64,000 nt of DNA, taken from contig NC_086098.1 of assembly GCF_963921235.1 (NCBI RefSeq), forward strand, positions 237,026,001 to 237,090,000, given 5' to 3'. Position numbers and translations under genes: made by a program. The notes beneath the pieces are model-generated. The model was not told where the DNA came from. It saw only the letters and a program-made list of their open reading frames with translations, and made no database searches. This DNA is from Mobula hypostoma (Eukaryota). This document shows positions 26,114 through 39,700 of the stretch, piece after piece (position 1 is the first letter of the stretch; each line of letters starts with the position of its first letter).

Positions 26114-26162
26114 CTGGTAAAAGGACCGGTAGAGAGCACAGAGGATATATCGCTGGGAATAT
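26114..26162 (-). pseudogene. IgL leader exon, cluster 1 (start codon ATG->ATA)
   Basis: 49-nt phase-1 exon IFPAIYPLCSLPVLLP-G ending CAG|GTAAGAG. Aligns with the cluster 2 leader. 137-nt L-V intron. Confidence 0.85.
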
Positions 26163-26214
26163 TCCTCCGGACAGGCGGAAACAGCGCCCAAATTTCCGAC
26201 TGAATCGTGAACTC

Positions 26215-26350
26215 TTCTGCAAACACAGGGCGCGGTTCCGGTTCTAGTTTTGGAAAACCGGAGCCCTGTAGTCTGCTTATTAATCGGAATGTTAATGAGT
26301 GGAGGCGCCAGGGAAGGTATGGGGCGGCGATTGACCACCCGTCCGTTGGA
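26215..26350 (-). promoter_or_regulatory. IgL promoter region, cluster 1, with octamer-like ATTAACAT (26289-26296)
   Basis: Block aligns with 59016-59155. gaatgttaatga is identical in both clusters, about 127 nt upstream of the start position. Confidence 0.55.
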
Positions 26351-28754
26351 ATTTCAATGGCAACCCAACTGATCATTGAAATCTGAACCTCTAACTTCAA
26401 AAATATTTCCTATTCAGTTGTATCGCATATCCAGTCCTGTAGCATGTTGATAATTACTTAGTGTAAACGGAATCCAGACATCCATTTCGGGAGCTCCTAT
26501 CCGCCACAATGTGGGAAGGGGATATTCAGCCCGTGGAATCCGTCCCAATAGTTAATGAGGTTTAAACTGTTCAAGGTCAAATTTATTAAATCCCCACAAT
26601 AATTTAATACCCCACCTTGTTGTCACCTTCATCATCAATATCTAGTGGTGGCCGTTGATCAGAACCTACTCGATTGATTAAATTAAGGTGTAAATTTAGA
26701 TAATGCCCCAAGACTGGGGATCATAAAGTTCAAGATTGAAAATAAATATATTATGAAAATATGTATATGTCACTATGTACTTCTCTACGATTCAGATGCT
26801 TGTGTGAATTCAAAATAGATACTAAGAAATACAATGGAATCAATGTAAAAACTACATAAAAAGGGAGACGGACAAACAATGTGCCAAAGAAGATGAACTA
26901 TGTAGAAATAAAACAATAAATAAATTGATAGCTAGCTAGCTAGCTAGATGGATGAATGGAGAAATAAATCGACAACAACATGAGTATCAGAATTATTGAA
27001 AGCGAGTCCAAAGTTTGTGGAATCAACTAGGTGTCGAGGTGAGTAAAATTATCCACTCTACTGATCACACAAAAGACAGTTTAAAGAACTTCCACGAAAA
27101 GCTCTTCGATTCTCTCGATGTAACTCTTGCTGCTCCTCTCTTTCTCTCTGGCTCTGTCTCTCCCACTGTGTGTACTTTCCCACTTGACTTACGCGGCGCA
27201 GGTTTGGTTACTTTGACCTTTCAGAGATTGGGATTGTTGGAAGTCAATCATTGCAGGATTTACCCAGCAGAGGCCCGTCTCATTTTGCTGATTGAAACTC
27301 GTAACGTCTCTGCAACTAATTCAGTCTCAACCTACTCAAATAAAGGAAAATATTTGGGCCTTACTTAGGCATATCTCGTCGATATCAAGTAATATCTTCA
27401 CTATTGTGACACATAACTATCTCTCGCAATCGCTCTCCTTCTCTCTGTCTTTCTTTCTCTATTTCTCTCTGACTTTCTCTCCTTTTATTTCTCTGTATCA
27501 GTGTCCTTTCTCACTCAAGATGCGGGTTTATATTTAGTATTAGTTAGTATGTGGCACTAATTCTACAATATGTTGAACTCAGGAATATATGAACAATTAC
27601 AACCCCTATAATACCTTACGAGGCGAAGAAGTATTGGCTTTCAGTGCTATTTGCTTCTCCAAAGCAATCTTCTTTCAACCACTGTCGGCCTTGATCACCA
27701 CGTTATTCTGTCTGTCTATTATATTTCAGAGAAGTTTATTTTACCTCCTTGTACATTTGCATAATTTCAGGACCGTTTTCTTTGTTAATTTTTTGATGCC
27801 TCTATTCTCAGGTTGAAATTGATCCCTACCTACGTTTGCAGTTTTTTCTTCTCTTACACAGTGTTTCTAGTCTCCCTGATACCTTCCAGCGGTGTAGAGA
27901 TAGGTAACTGTAAGTAGGCATTTTTTCCTCTGATGTCGGGAGAGACCAGAACAAGAGGTCATGGTTTAAGGATGAAAATTCAAATGTTTCAGGGAAACAT
28001 GCAGGGAACGTCTTTTCTCAGAGGACGACGAGAGTCTGAAACGAGCTACCAGTGGAAGATTTGGCTATATATCCGATTTCAAAAATTAAGAGAAATTTGA
28101 GGGATACATTGTTGAGAGTCTTACGGAGGGCTGTGGTCCGGGTGCAGGATGATAGAACTAGACAGGTTAATATGGACTAGATAGGATTAAGGACCTCTCT
28201 CTGTGCCGTCGTACTCTATGAACCTGTCTCAGTGTGTCTATTTTAATCAGATCCTTCATACTCTAAGCATCTTGCTCATCCTTTCTTTATCTTCTGACAC
28301 ATGGCATTTGTACCATTGTGTTTCTGTGCCCTAAAATAGAGAGGTCTATAATATTAACCAATCTGGAAATTTATTGAGACCCCTCACCCCCCCCCCCCAA
28401 TCCATCAAAGGTTCAAACAACGTCTGACATGCTCTTCTTGAATGAGCTCTTGGACAGTAACTAACATTCCAGAATCCAGCCAGCATCTCCAATACACCAT
28501 GCAACGTTTAATATTGAAGGTACCTTCCTCTTCGCAATCCAGGCCTAAAGTGGGGGACTTGGAATTTCGATTTGTTGAACGTACATACCACGGTATTCCC
28601 GACTGCAAGCTCTTTCAATTTAGAGCTATTGACAGTGTCAAAATTGCAAACCATATAAACTCATTTTATGTGATTGCACATGTATATGTGTCAGTTTACA
28701 TCATGTAAAAGTGCCCAATATCGGTGGCTCAATGTTGAACATTGTGAGATATAC

Positions 28755-28995
28755 ACAAGAGATTCTGCAGATGCTGGACATCCACAGTAACACGCGGAAA
28801 GTGCTGGAGGAACTCAACAAGTCAGGCAGCGTCCATGGAATTGAATATGCAATCGACGTTTTGGGCCGGGTGCATAAAGTGTTGACTTTTCAGGCAGAGA
28901 CACTTCATTGGGAATTCTGAGGAAGGGTCTCAATCCGAAACGTAGAATCATTATTCCTTTCATAGATGATGCCTGACTTGTTGATTTCCTTTGGC
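28755..28995. repeat. Penelope-terminal-repeat hairpin element
   Basis: attctgcagatgctggacatcc..gtgctggaggaactcaacaagtcaggcagc and inverted gatgatgcctgacttgttgatttcc..gcattttgcgt. Confidence 0.7.
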
Positions 28996-30494
28996 ATTTT
29001 GCGTATGTTATTGTGAGATGCAGTTGCCCCTTCGCAGAGAAGCCCTAACCATACAGTTGAGTTTGCTCTCAGTGGGACCCATTTGTTCTTGCTGAGGCTA
29101 TAGATCACTGTAGCGCTGCGTGGTTTGATAGTGGCATTGAGTAATCGTTGGGTAACTGTCATTCACTGCACTGCAGCGCTAATGGGCCAACCTTCTCCAC
29201 AATCACTCTCCGTCCTTCTGCTCAACCAGACCAGTGTAGCACTGCCTGGATTCAGAGTGGTGTTGACCAGTCGATGGATTCTGTATTACCTACTGTGCTA
29301 CAGAATCGCAAATTTGGCGGAGATGAACTATTCTTCTCACACTCTTTTCGGTCCTGTGCCATGACTGGATGGCAAGGCAGTATGTGCAAACTGTTTCAAA
29401 AAGGCAGCATCAATCATTAACGACCCCCATCACCCAGGACTTGCTCTCTTCTCATTACTACCATCAGGGAAGATGTACAGGAATCTGAAGACAAACACTC
29501 AAACACTAAAGAACATATTTTACCCCTTTGTCATTAAGTTCTAAACGGACAATGAAGCAGCGGATGAACTCCACATCACTTTTTCATCGCTGTTTTGTTA
29601 TATATAATATTTATAATTCAATTAAATAAGTAGTATATTATACATGCAGTATATATTGATAAATTACGTGTTCTATGTATTTATATAATACAATAATAAA
29701 TTTAGTTTTTTTATTATTCTATAAACAGCAAATTTATATACTGCAAAAATATTGTAATTTTTATTTATTTTACATTGTATGCTCAACATTAAATATATAC
29801 AATTGTTTTTAGGTATTCATTGTACTATACTGTGGCCGCAAAACATTAAATTTGACGACAGAAACCAGAACATTAAACCTGATTCTGATTCTTATCCTCA
29901 CTCTAATGATCGGTATCACTGACTGTGGGCCCTGTGTGGCACGAACCTTCTCGGTTCTGTTGTTCATCGTTTAGTTCATCACCACCCACCCTGCATTTCA
30001 ACACCACCAGTACACTGATGGTTGGATATTGTGTAATGGAATTTCAGCTGTATACATTTTTGGCTCATAAGATTCGGTAACAATGTTTGTCAAATAACGC
30101 CACTGTAAAGCATTTGGCTTATTTTTAATTCTGAAACATTATCTTACAATATCCTGCAATTTTTGGATGTGTAACGCTCTTTTTCTACAGATCTGCTCTC
30201 ATTGGTTGATGGGAGTCGGAGAATGGGATCCTGAAAATCAGTCATTAATGGCATGGGACATGGTCCTTTTCCCTGAAACCCATCCTGACGGTCAAACACT
30301 GGCCAGCCCAGTTAACCCATGCCTCATAGCTGTTCTCAGGCGCGAACAGCTTGTGTATGTAACCGCTGCTGATGCAGCTGGGACCAGTGCTGTGTTAATA
30401 GAGTCTTTATTGAGGGACAATTAACAAATCAATGCAGTTCTTGTCTGTTTGTGATGTAGTGCAGGTGGCGCAGTCGCTGGCCCGAGGGTATGGG

Positions 30495-33400
30495 TGTTGC
30501 AATGAGTGAATGAAGCGAACCCAAGTGCAGGACACAGGCACGGAGTTTGAGTTAGGATGCTCACGCTGACGTGAACGTTGAACAGCAAACGGGAGGGATC
30601 TGGACACACAGCCTTGACACAGAGAGACGGAGTTTCATAGGTAAACCTTGAAACTGGAGCAAAACTTAGAATACACGGTCTTAAGCAGCCGGAAAACATT
30701 AATTACCACACAGGCAATACCGACGATCTAGCGACCAGTGGTTGTAATGCTGGGGTTCTTGTGGTGATGGTGATCGACAATACTCCTGTTGCTGTCAGCT
30801 GCGCGGAGCAGGGCCGCGCGTGTATCCTTCCGGATCTCGCGGCACCGGCGGAGATGGGCCTGAACAGAAGGCACAGCAATGTAATTTCATGTGCGGGAAT
30901 GTCACAGTCAGAAATAATATCAGTGGGAATTCCATGAAGGCGGAAGACGTGATGAACAAAGAGATCGGCTGTCTCACGGGCTGTAGGGATTTTGGGAAGG
31001 GCTAAGAAATGCATAGTTTTTAAGAAGCAGTCCACCACGGTGGGTACGGCAGTGTTGCCATGTGAATGGGGTAGTCCAGTAACAAAATCCAGCGCAATGC
31101 GAGACCAAGGGTGGCTAAGGACAGGTAGGGGACGAAGCAACCCAGCAGGTGGTTGATGGGAGGCTGCTCCGTGGGCACAAACAGAACAGGCAGAGACGAA
31201 GGAACAGGTGTCAGTGTCCGTCCATGGAGGGCCACCAGAAATGTCTCTTCAGAACGGACAGAATTCGATCGATCCCAGGATGGCAGGCGGAACGAGAAGT
31301 GGTTGCCCCCCCCCCCCCCCCGGAGAACCTGACACCGGACAGAGTCAGGCACGAAGAGGTGATTGGAGGGTCTATTGCCTGAGTCAGGTTGAGTCCGTTG
31401 GGCCTCTTTGAGTATGGATTCGATCGCCCAGGTGAGGGCAGCCACTAGACGGGATGGTGGAAGGGTGGGCTCGGGGTTGGGAAGGCCCTCCTCGGAGACG
31501 TATTGATGGAAGAGAGCATCGGGCTTCCTGTTCTTGGACCCCGGACGATAGGTGAGTGTGAATCTGAAATGGTCAAAAAATAATGCCCAATGGGCTTGGC
31601 AGGATTTCAGGCGTTTGGCGGTTTGGATGTATGCGAGATACTTGTGATCAGTCCAGACGATGAATGGATGTTGCGCTCCCTCCAGGCAGTGCCTCCATTC
31701 CTCCAAAGCGAGTTTGACGGCCAGTAACTCCCGGTTCCCTATGTCGTAGTTCCTTTCGAAGGGGGATAGCTGGCAAGAACAGAAGGCGCAGGGGTGGAGT
31801 TTTTGGTCTGGGCCGGAGCATTGGGAGAGGACCGCTCCCACTCTAGAGTCAGAGGTACCGACTTCCACATTGAATTGGCTAGAGGGGTCTGGTTGAACCA
31901 GGATGGGAGCGGAGGTGAAACACCTCTTCAGCTCCGAGAAGGCCGAGTCCGCTTCAGGGTCCCAGTGAAAAGGGGCCGCAGGAGAGGGGAGTCAAGTAAG
32001 GGGCGCTGCCACCCGCTGTAATCCCTGATGAAGCGACGACAGAAGTTCGCGAACCCCAGAAATCGCTGGAGTTGCTTGAATGTCATGGGATTTCGAAACT
32101 CCGCCACCACCCGGATTTTTCGGGATCCGCCCTCACTTACCCGCTCTCGATGATGTACCGTAAGATGTCGTCCAAATAAACAAAACCAAAACGGTTAATA
32201 AAGTCCCTAAGGACATCGCTTATCAAGCTTAGAAGATGGGGGAGGCATTGTTGAGACCGAATGGTATGACGAGGTATTCGAAGTGACTGAGAGGAGTGTT
32301 AAAAGCTGTTTTATACTCATCTCCCTCCCTTATCCTGCCAGGTGGTAGCCACTTCGTAGGTCCAACTTAGAGAAGATGGTGGCTCCATGGAGGGGTTCGA
32401 AAGCAGAGTTGATTAGGGGCAGTGGATACTTATTTTTTATGATTATGCTATTCAGGCCCTGGCAGTCAATGCAGGGGAGCAGTAAGCCGTCATTCTTCCC
32501 CACAAAGAAGAAACCTGCGCCTACAGGGGAAGATAAGGGTTAGATAATGCCCGCCGCGAGAGAGTCATTTAGGTAAGCCTCCATTGCTTCCTTTTCAGGC
32601 CGGGGCAGGTTATACAGCTGAGTGGTGGGTAAAGGCACTCCGAGGAGAAGGTCAATTGCGCAATTGTAAGGGCGGTGTGGATTCAGGGAAAGAGCCCGTT
32701 GTTTGCTAAACACTTCTCCCAGATCGTGAAACTATGCCGGAACCTTGGATAAGTTGGGGGTTTCAGCGGCAGACTAGGTCGCAGTGACGTTCACAGGGGA
32801 AAGGGCCGATTGTAGACAAGTGGAGTGGCAGAACGGACTCCGGCTGACGATCTTCCTGGTGGACCAGTCAATGTGGGGATTATGGTGGCTTAACCCGGGG
32901 TACCCAAGAACTATAGGAGTTTGAGCAGTGACACTCCCCCGCTCTCAATCTCCGGAGTCGCTCTGTGGGAGAAAGACGGCTCCATCCCAGCTGCATGGGT
33001 GTCTCTCCCGGGGTTGTGAAAACGGCCGGACTGGGAGCTATTCTAGGAGCAGGAAGAGAAGGGAGGCTTGCGCTGGTGGGAGACGGCAATGAGTGCCGTG
33101 GAGTGGCCAAAGGTGGTAAACGACCAGTTCTTTCTCTCTGGTGTTCTCGGAGACGATTGTCCAACCTCTTGGCTAGAGAGATCAGGGAATTTAGGCTGTC
33201 GGTGTCATCTGTTGCCGCCAACTCGTCTTTCACCATGTCGCTGAGAGGATACCAAAATACCCCTTGGAGTGCCTCATCGTTCCATCCCCAGTCGGCTGCT
33301 AACATCCGGAACTCCACAGAATATTCGGCAGCACTGCGTGAGCCCTGACGGAACGTGAGTAGATGCTTACCGGCATCTTTACCATAGTCGGGGTGGTCAA

Positions 33401-34270
33401 AGATCTTTTTCATTTCCACGATAAAGGTGGGGAAAGCAGAGCAGATATGTGGTTGATTATCCCAAACAGTTGTAGCCCACGCTAACGCACTTCCCCGCAA
33501 CAACCCCATGGTATAAGCTATCTTTGACTTCTACGTGGAGTACGTGGATGCCTCCAGTTCGAACACTAAGGAGCATTGCAGAAGGAAGGGCCGGCACTTC
33601 CCCACATCCCCAGCGTTGTGCACAGGTTCAGATATGTGCGGCTGTCTTGACGGGGGTGTTGCTGACACGTAGGGGGTTGCCACTACAGGCTGTCTGGGCT
33701 GGTTAGACAGAGTTCCAGGAGTGGATGGGGTAAAATGAGTGAATACACGGTCCACCTGATCACAGATCTTTGTTACGTTAAAAGACAGGGAACAGAGGTT
33801 CTCCATGACATCCTGGAGAAGTTGATCGTGCAGACCCAGTAAGGAGCCCTGCCTGGCGAGGGCTTGTTGCAGGGTATTCGTGTCCGCTGGATCCATTGTG
33901 GCCAGGTCGTTCTGTTGCAAAGAGCAACTGAAGCGAACCAAAGTGCAGGACACAGGCACGGATATTAAGTTAGGATCCTTACGCGGACGTGAACGTTGAA
34001 CAGCAAACATGAGGGATCTTGACACGGAGCCTTGACACAGAGAGACGAAGTTTCATAGGTAAGCCTTGAAAATGGAGCAAAACTTAGAACACACGGTCCC
34101 AAGCAGCCGGGAAACGTTAATTACCACATAGGCAAAACCAACGATCTGGAGACTAGTGGTTGTAACGCCAGGGTTCTTATGCTGCAGGTCTTGATGGAAA
34201 CCAGGTGTGCCGTTATCAAAAAGAATTAGAAGCAACTGGGAAATTAGCGGTCGGAACCGTGGCACAATCA
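30495..34270 (-). mobile_element. Ty3/Gypsy LTR retrotransposon (sushi/Tf-like), decayed and internally deleted
   Basis: Direct repeats 30495-30762 and 33913-34180, both starting TGTTGCAA on +. Gag MDPADT..LQQALARQGSLLG and GLLRGSALAWAT..EYSVEFRMLAA. RNase [41 protein letters not shown]. Integrase [24 protein letters not shown]. Right boundary uncertain. Confidence 0.92.
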
Positions 34271-34569
34271 AAGGAAATTAAGAGAAAGATAGAGAATTAA
34301 CGATCGGGGGGGGGGGGGGGAGGTGGTGAGGGGTGTCGGGAGAAATGAAGTGGACTTTTTTAAAACACTGTAAAACTGAGAAACTGTATTAATGGGAACA
34401 GTCACATAGTGAAATCAAATCTTTGAAAACATCACTTGCAAAAATTGACATTTGTTGTTACAAGCGATAAAAATGATTAATTAAGGGGCTGTAAAATTAC
34501 ATTTTACAGTCTCTCTTAAAATTACATTACAAGAGAGACGCACTGGAAAGAAAGGCAGAATGATTTATG

Positions 34570-34830
34570 GGAAAGGAGAGAAAGACAGGGGGTCAGAAAT
34601 GGCCAGGGAGATGGAGAAAGATAAGGCATAAAGAGGGAAGAGGGATAGAATGGGTGAGCTGAGGATGAGAGGGAGAAAGAGGGTATGCATGGGAGAGATA
34701 GAGATAGAGAGGGAGAGTGATGATAGATAGGGAGAGAGAGAGGAAAGAGAGGGTGCGAGAGAGAGAGGAAATAGGAGAGGGGGAGAGAGGAAAGAGGAAA
34801 AGAGAGAAAGAGAGAGAAAGAATGCGGTAG
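34570..34830 (+). repeat. Polypurine (GA-rich) low-complexity tract
   Basis: About 260 bp almost purely A/G on +. A counterpart lies at 497-605. Confidence 0.85.
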
Positions 34831-35204
34831 GAGGTGATGCCAACTTTCCCTGCTTCTTGTCCAATAAATTACTTTGACAGCAGAGGACAGAAATATGACT
34901 TGAGGTATACAAGGTTATGAGGACACCCCGGTGGATGACCATGGTCATGGTCACTCTCTCCTTCGCTGAACCAGCGTGCAGCACATTCCAGCCTCACACA
35001 TGAAAATGGCGGGAACCAGAGAAACCCCGATAAATGTTGTCAATACTGGGCTCACAAGGGAATAAATAATACCATTTACTGGGCCTCTTGAACCTGCTGA
35101 AAGTTCGCTGAAAGCACCAGTTTAAACAATTCATCGATCCTCAAAATCAGTGAACTCCACAGTTGTTGCTTGAACCACTGAGTATTTCTAGCATTCTGTA
35201 TTTT

Positions 35205-38200
35205 CCTCGATAGACAATAGACAATAGGTGCAGAAGTAGACCATTCGGCCCTTCGAGCCTGCACCGCCATTCTGAGATAATGCCTGATAATCTACTATCA
35301 ATACCCGGTTCCCGACGTCCCCATAACCCTTGATTCCCCTATCCATAAGATACCTATCTTGCTCCTTCTTGAAAGCATCCAGAGAATTGGCCTCCACTGC
35401 CTTCTGAGGCAGCGCGTTCCACACCTCCACAACTCTCTGGGAGAAGAAGTTCTTCCTCAACTCTGTCTTAAATGCCCTACCCCTTATTCTTAAACCATGC
35501 CCTCTGGTACTGGACTCTCCCAGCATCTGGAACATATTTCCTGCCTCTATCTTGTCCAATCCCTTAATAATCTTATATGTCTCAATCAGATCCCCCCTCA
35601 ATCTCCTTAATTCCAGCGTGTGCAAGCCCAGTCTCTCTAACCTCTCTGTGTAAGACAGTCCAGACATCCCAGGAATTAACCTAGTGAACCTACGCTGCAC
35701 CTCCTCCACAGCCAGGATGTCCTTCCTTTACCCTGGAGACCAAAACTGCACACAATACTCCAGGTGTGGTCTCACCAGGGCCCTGTACAAATGCAAAAGG
35801 ATTTCCTTGCTCTTGTACTCAATTCCCTTTGCAATAAAGGCCAACATTCCATTAGCCTTCTTCACTGCCTGCTGCACTTGCTCATTCACTTTCAGAGACT
35901 GATGAACAAGTACTCCTAGATCTCTTTGTATTTCTCCCTTACCTAACTCGACACCGTTCAGATAATAATCCGCCTTCCTGTTCTTGCCCCAAAGTGAATA
36001 ACCTCACACTTATTCACATTAAACACCATCTGCCAAGTTTCTGCCCACTCACCCAGCCTATCCAAGTCACCTTCTATTCTCCTAACATCCTCATCACATG
36101 TCACACTGCCACCCAGATCATCAGCAAACTTGCTGATGTTATTCACAATACCTTCCTCTAAATCATTGACGCTGTGGTCCCAATACCGAGCCCTGTGGCA
36201 CCACACTAGTCACCACCTGCCATTCCGAGAAACACCCGTTCACTGTTACCCTTTGCTTTCTATCTGCGAACCAGTTTTCTAGCCATGTCAATATCCTCCC
36301 CCAATGCCATGAGCTCTGATTTTACCCACCAATCTCCTATGTGGTACCTTATCAAACGCCTTCTGAAAGTCAAGGTACACCACATCCACTGGATCTCCCG
36401 CGTCTATCTTCCTGGTTACATCCTCGAAAAACTCCAATAGATTAGTCAAGCATGATTTGCCCTTGGTAAATCCATGCTGGCTCGGCCCAATCCTATCACT
36501 GCTATCAAGATATGCCACTATTTCATCTTTAAAAATGGACTCTAGTATCTTCCCCACTACTGATATTAGGCTAACAGGGCGATAGTTCTCTGTTTTCTCC
36601 CTCCCTCCTTTCTTAAAAATTGGGATAACATTAGCCATTCGCCAATCCTCAGGAACTGATCCTGAATCTAAGGAACATTGGAAAATGATCACCAATGCAT
36701 CCGCAATTTCCAGAGCCACCTCCTTTAGTACCCTAGGATGCAGACCATCTGGACCTGGGGATTTGTTAGCCTTCAGTCCCATCACTCTACTCATCACCGT
36801 TTCCTTCGTGATGTCAATCTGTTTCAGTTCCTCTGTTACCCGATGTCCTTGGCCCATCCATACATCTGGGAGATTGCTTGTGTCTTCCCTAGTGAAGACA
36901 GATCCAAAGTACTTATTAAATTCGTCTGCCATTTCTGTGTTTCCCATAACAATTTCTCCCAATTCATTCTTCAAGGGCCCAACATTGTTCTTAACTATCT
37001 TCCTTCTCTTTGCATACCTAAAAAAACTTTTGCTATCTTCCTTTATATTCCTTGCTTGCTTGTGTTCATACCTCATTTTTTCTCCTCGTATTGCCTTTTT
37101 AGTCAAGTTCTCTTGCTCCTTAAAAATTTCCCAATCATCCGTCTTCCAACTCACCTCAGCTCTGTTATACTTCTTTTTTAATGCTATGCTATCTCTGACT
37201 TCCTTTGTCAACCACTGTGGCCACTTTCCCCCCTTTGAATCCTTCCTTCTCCGGGTGATGAACTGATTTTGCACCTTGTGCATTATTCCCAAGAATACCT
37301 GCCATTGCTGTTCCACTGTCTTTTCTGCTAGGATATCCGACCAGTCAACTTTGGTCAGCTGCTCCCTCATGGCTCCATAGTCTCCTTTGTTCAACTGTAA
37401 TACTGACACTTCTGATCTGCCCTTAACCCTCTCAACTTGCAGATAAAAACTTACCATATTATGGTCACTACCTCCTAATGGCTCCTTTACTTCAAGATCA
37501 CTTATCAAATCCTGTTCACTGCACAACACTAAATCCAGAATACCCTTATCCCTGTTCGGCTCTCGTACAAGCTGCTCCAAAAATGCATCCCGTAGGCACT
37601 CTACAAACTCCCTATCCTGGGGTCCAGTACCAACCTGATTTTCCCAGTTCACCTGCATGATGAAATCCCCCATAACTACTGTGAGATTTCCTTTGCCACA
37701 TGCCATTGTTAACTCCCTATTCAACTTGCACCCAATATCCATTCTACTGTTTGGGGGCCTGTAGGTAACACCTATTAGGGTCTTTTTGCCCTTACTGTTC
37801 CTCAGTTCTATCCACACTGACTCTACTTCTCCTGATTCTATGTCCCCCCTTGCAAGGGACTGAATCTCATTCCTCACCAACAGGGCCACACCACCCCCTC
37901 TGCCCACCTTTCTGTCCCTTCGATAGCACGTATACCCTTGTACATTCAATACCCAGGTCTGATCCCCCTGCAGTCATGTCTCCGTTATCCCAACAACATC
38001 ATAGTTACCCATTCGCACCTGAGCTTGAAGCTCATCCGCCTTATTTCTGACATTTCGTGCATTCAGATATAGAATTTTTAACACATTTCTCCTCTCTCTG
38101 TTTAAATCGCTGCCTATTGTGCATAACCCAGCTCCCCGAACTCTCACCGGGCTATATGCCCCTTGAATTTTGTTGTCCTTCTTAAATTTACTTACTCTTT

Positions 38201-39700
38201 CTGCACATTTAACTCCATGCTATGTCAGACCACCCCTCTGCACAGGTATCCTCCTTATCACTGGTTCCGCCTCACCTTTCTCTACTTCACACTTAATATT
38301 CCGGAATTGTGTAGTCCCCACCTCTCTTTTATAATTCATCTCGCTATCCTCTCTGACATTCTGGAACCCTGCCTCCTGCAAACTTAGTTTAAACACCCCC
38401 CCCCCCCAAGCAGCACTAGCAAACTGTCCTGCAAGAATGTTAGTACCCCTCCAGTTCAGGTGTAAACCATCCCGTCGGAACTGATCCCACCCTCCCTGGA
38501 ACAAAGCCCAATTATCTAAAAACCTGAAGCCTTCCCTCCTGCACCATCCTCTCAGCCATGTATTGATCTGTATAATCCTTCTGTTCCTCGCCTTACTCGC
38601 ACGTGGCACAGGTAGCAATCCTGAGATTGTTATGCTGGAGGTCCTCCCCTTCAGATTCGCACCTAACTCCCTGAATTCACTACGCAGGACCCCCTCATTC
38701 TTCCTACCCACGTCATTGGTCCCTACATGGACCACAACATCTGGAATCTTGCCCTCCCTCTCGAGAATAACCTGCACCCAATCTGAGATGTCCCGGACCC
38801 CGGCACCATACCACCCGAGACTCCCGATCTCCCCTACAAAATCTCCTATCTGCCCCCCGACTATAGTATCCCCTATCACTACCGCTGTCCTCTCTTCCCT
38901 CCTCCCCTTCTGAGTCGAGGGTTCAACCTCAGTGCCAGAGACAGGACCACTGCAACTTGTTCCTGGTAGGTCATCCCCACCAACAGTAACCAAAACGGGA
39001 TACTTATTGTTGATGGAAATGGCCACAGGGGTGCTCTGCACTCTCTGCCTGCTCCCCCTCCATCTCCTGACAGTCACCCAGTTGCCTGCCTCCCATCTTT
39101 TCGCTGTGACTACCTTCCGATAACTCTTATCTATCTCTGTCTCTGCCTCCCGAATGATCTGTAGTTCTTCCAGCTCCAGCTCCAATTCCCTAACTCGCTC
39201 TGATAGGAGCTGCAGCTGGATGCACCTTCTGCAGGTGTGGTCATCAGGGACAACTGCGTTGACCCCGACCTCCCACATACTGCATACGGAGCACACCACT
39301 GCTCTAACTATCTCCCCCATTACCTGATCCCAGATTAATCAGAATAAATGAAAAAGTACCTACCGACCTTACCTTTTTTCCTCAGCAAGCACGTACTCAG
39401 GCTCAGTGATTACCTCTCACCGAAGACCCCTTACGCCGAAGTCCACTGAGCCAAAGCCCAGCACTCTGCTCCCGCGCACTCCGCTGTCCGCAACTGAAAG
39501 TGGGCCTCTTTTTAAACTCCGCGCTCGCCGCTTACGTCTCCCGCGCCTGCGCAGTTTTACCTTCCTCCTCAGGTAATGCCGAGGTAGTCCCGATCTTCCT
39601 CGGCCTACCTACAACGGCTTATCCTCCGATACTCCGATCTCCAGTCGGCCGTCGACCTCGAGCACTCCTTGCTCCCGCACCGACGGGAAACTTCCAAAAT
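35205..39700 (-). mobile_element. Full-length decayed CR1 LINE (5'UTR, ORF1 zinc finger/coiled coil + SGNH esterase, ORF2 APE-RT)
   Basis: ORF1 38220-39320: CSVCSMWEV..CRRCIQLQLL, VIGDTIV, VVHVGTND, DGLHLN. ORF2 pieces 36288-37949, 35958-36206 and 35188-35709. (CTATTGT)n tail at 35211-35227. Confidence 0.93.

Noticed and set aside
24157-26162. Processed (retro) pseudogene or somatic B-cell rearrangement captured in the assembly
   Set aside because: L-V and J-C introns and the promoter are retained. The genes carry old inactivating mutations, and the same junction occurs in two diverged paralogs.
26093-26400. Predicted ORFs 26093-26338 and 26110-26400 as genes
   Set aside because: They read through the promoter and leader. 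The real leader is the 49-nt exon defined by alignment with cluster 2.
34565-34984. Ser/Leu-rich ORF resembling a membrane protein (also 297-623, 27292-27537)
   Set aside because: Translation of GA/CT low-complexity tracts.
36685-37266. Long plus-strand ORFs opposite CR1 or Gypsy coding regions (also 43526-43930, 45002-45505, 49382-49849)
   Set aside because: Antisense shadows of TE ORFs, with no independent signal.
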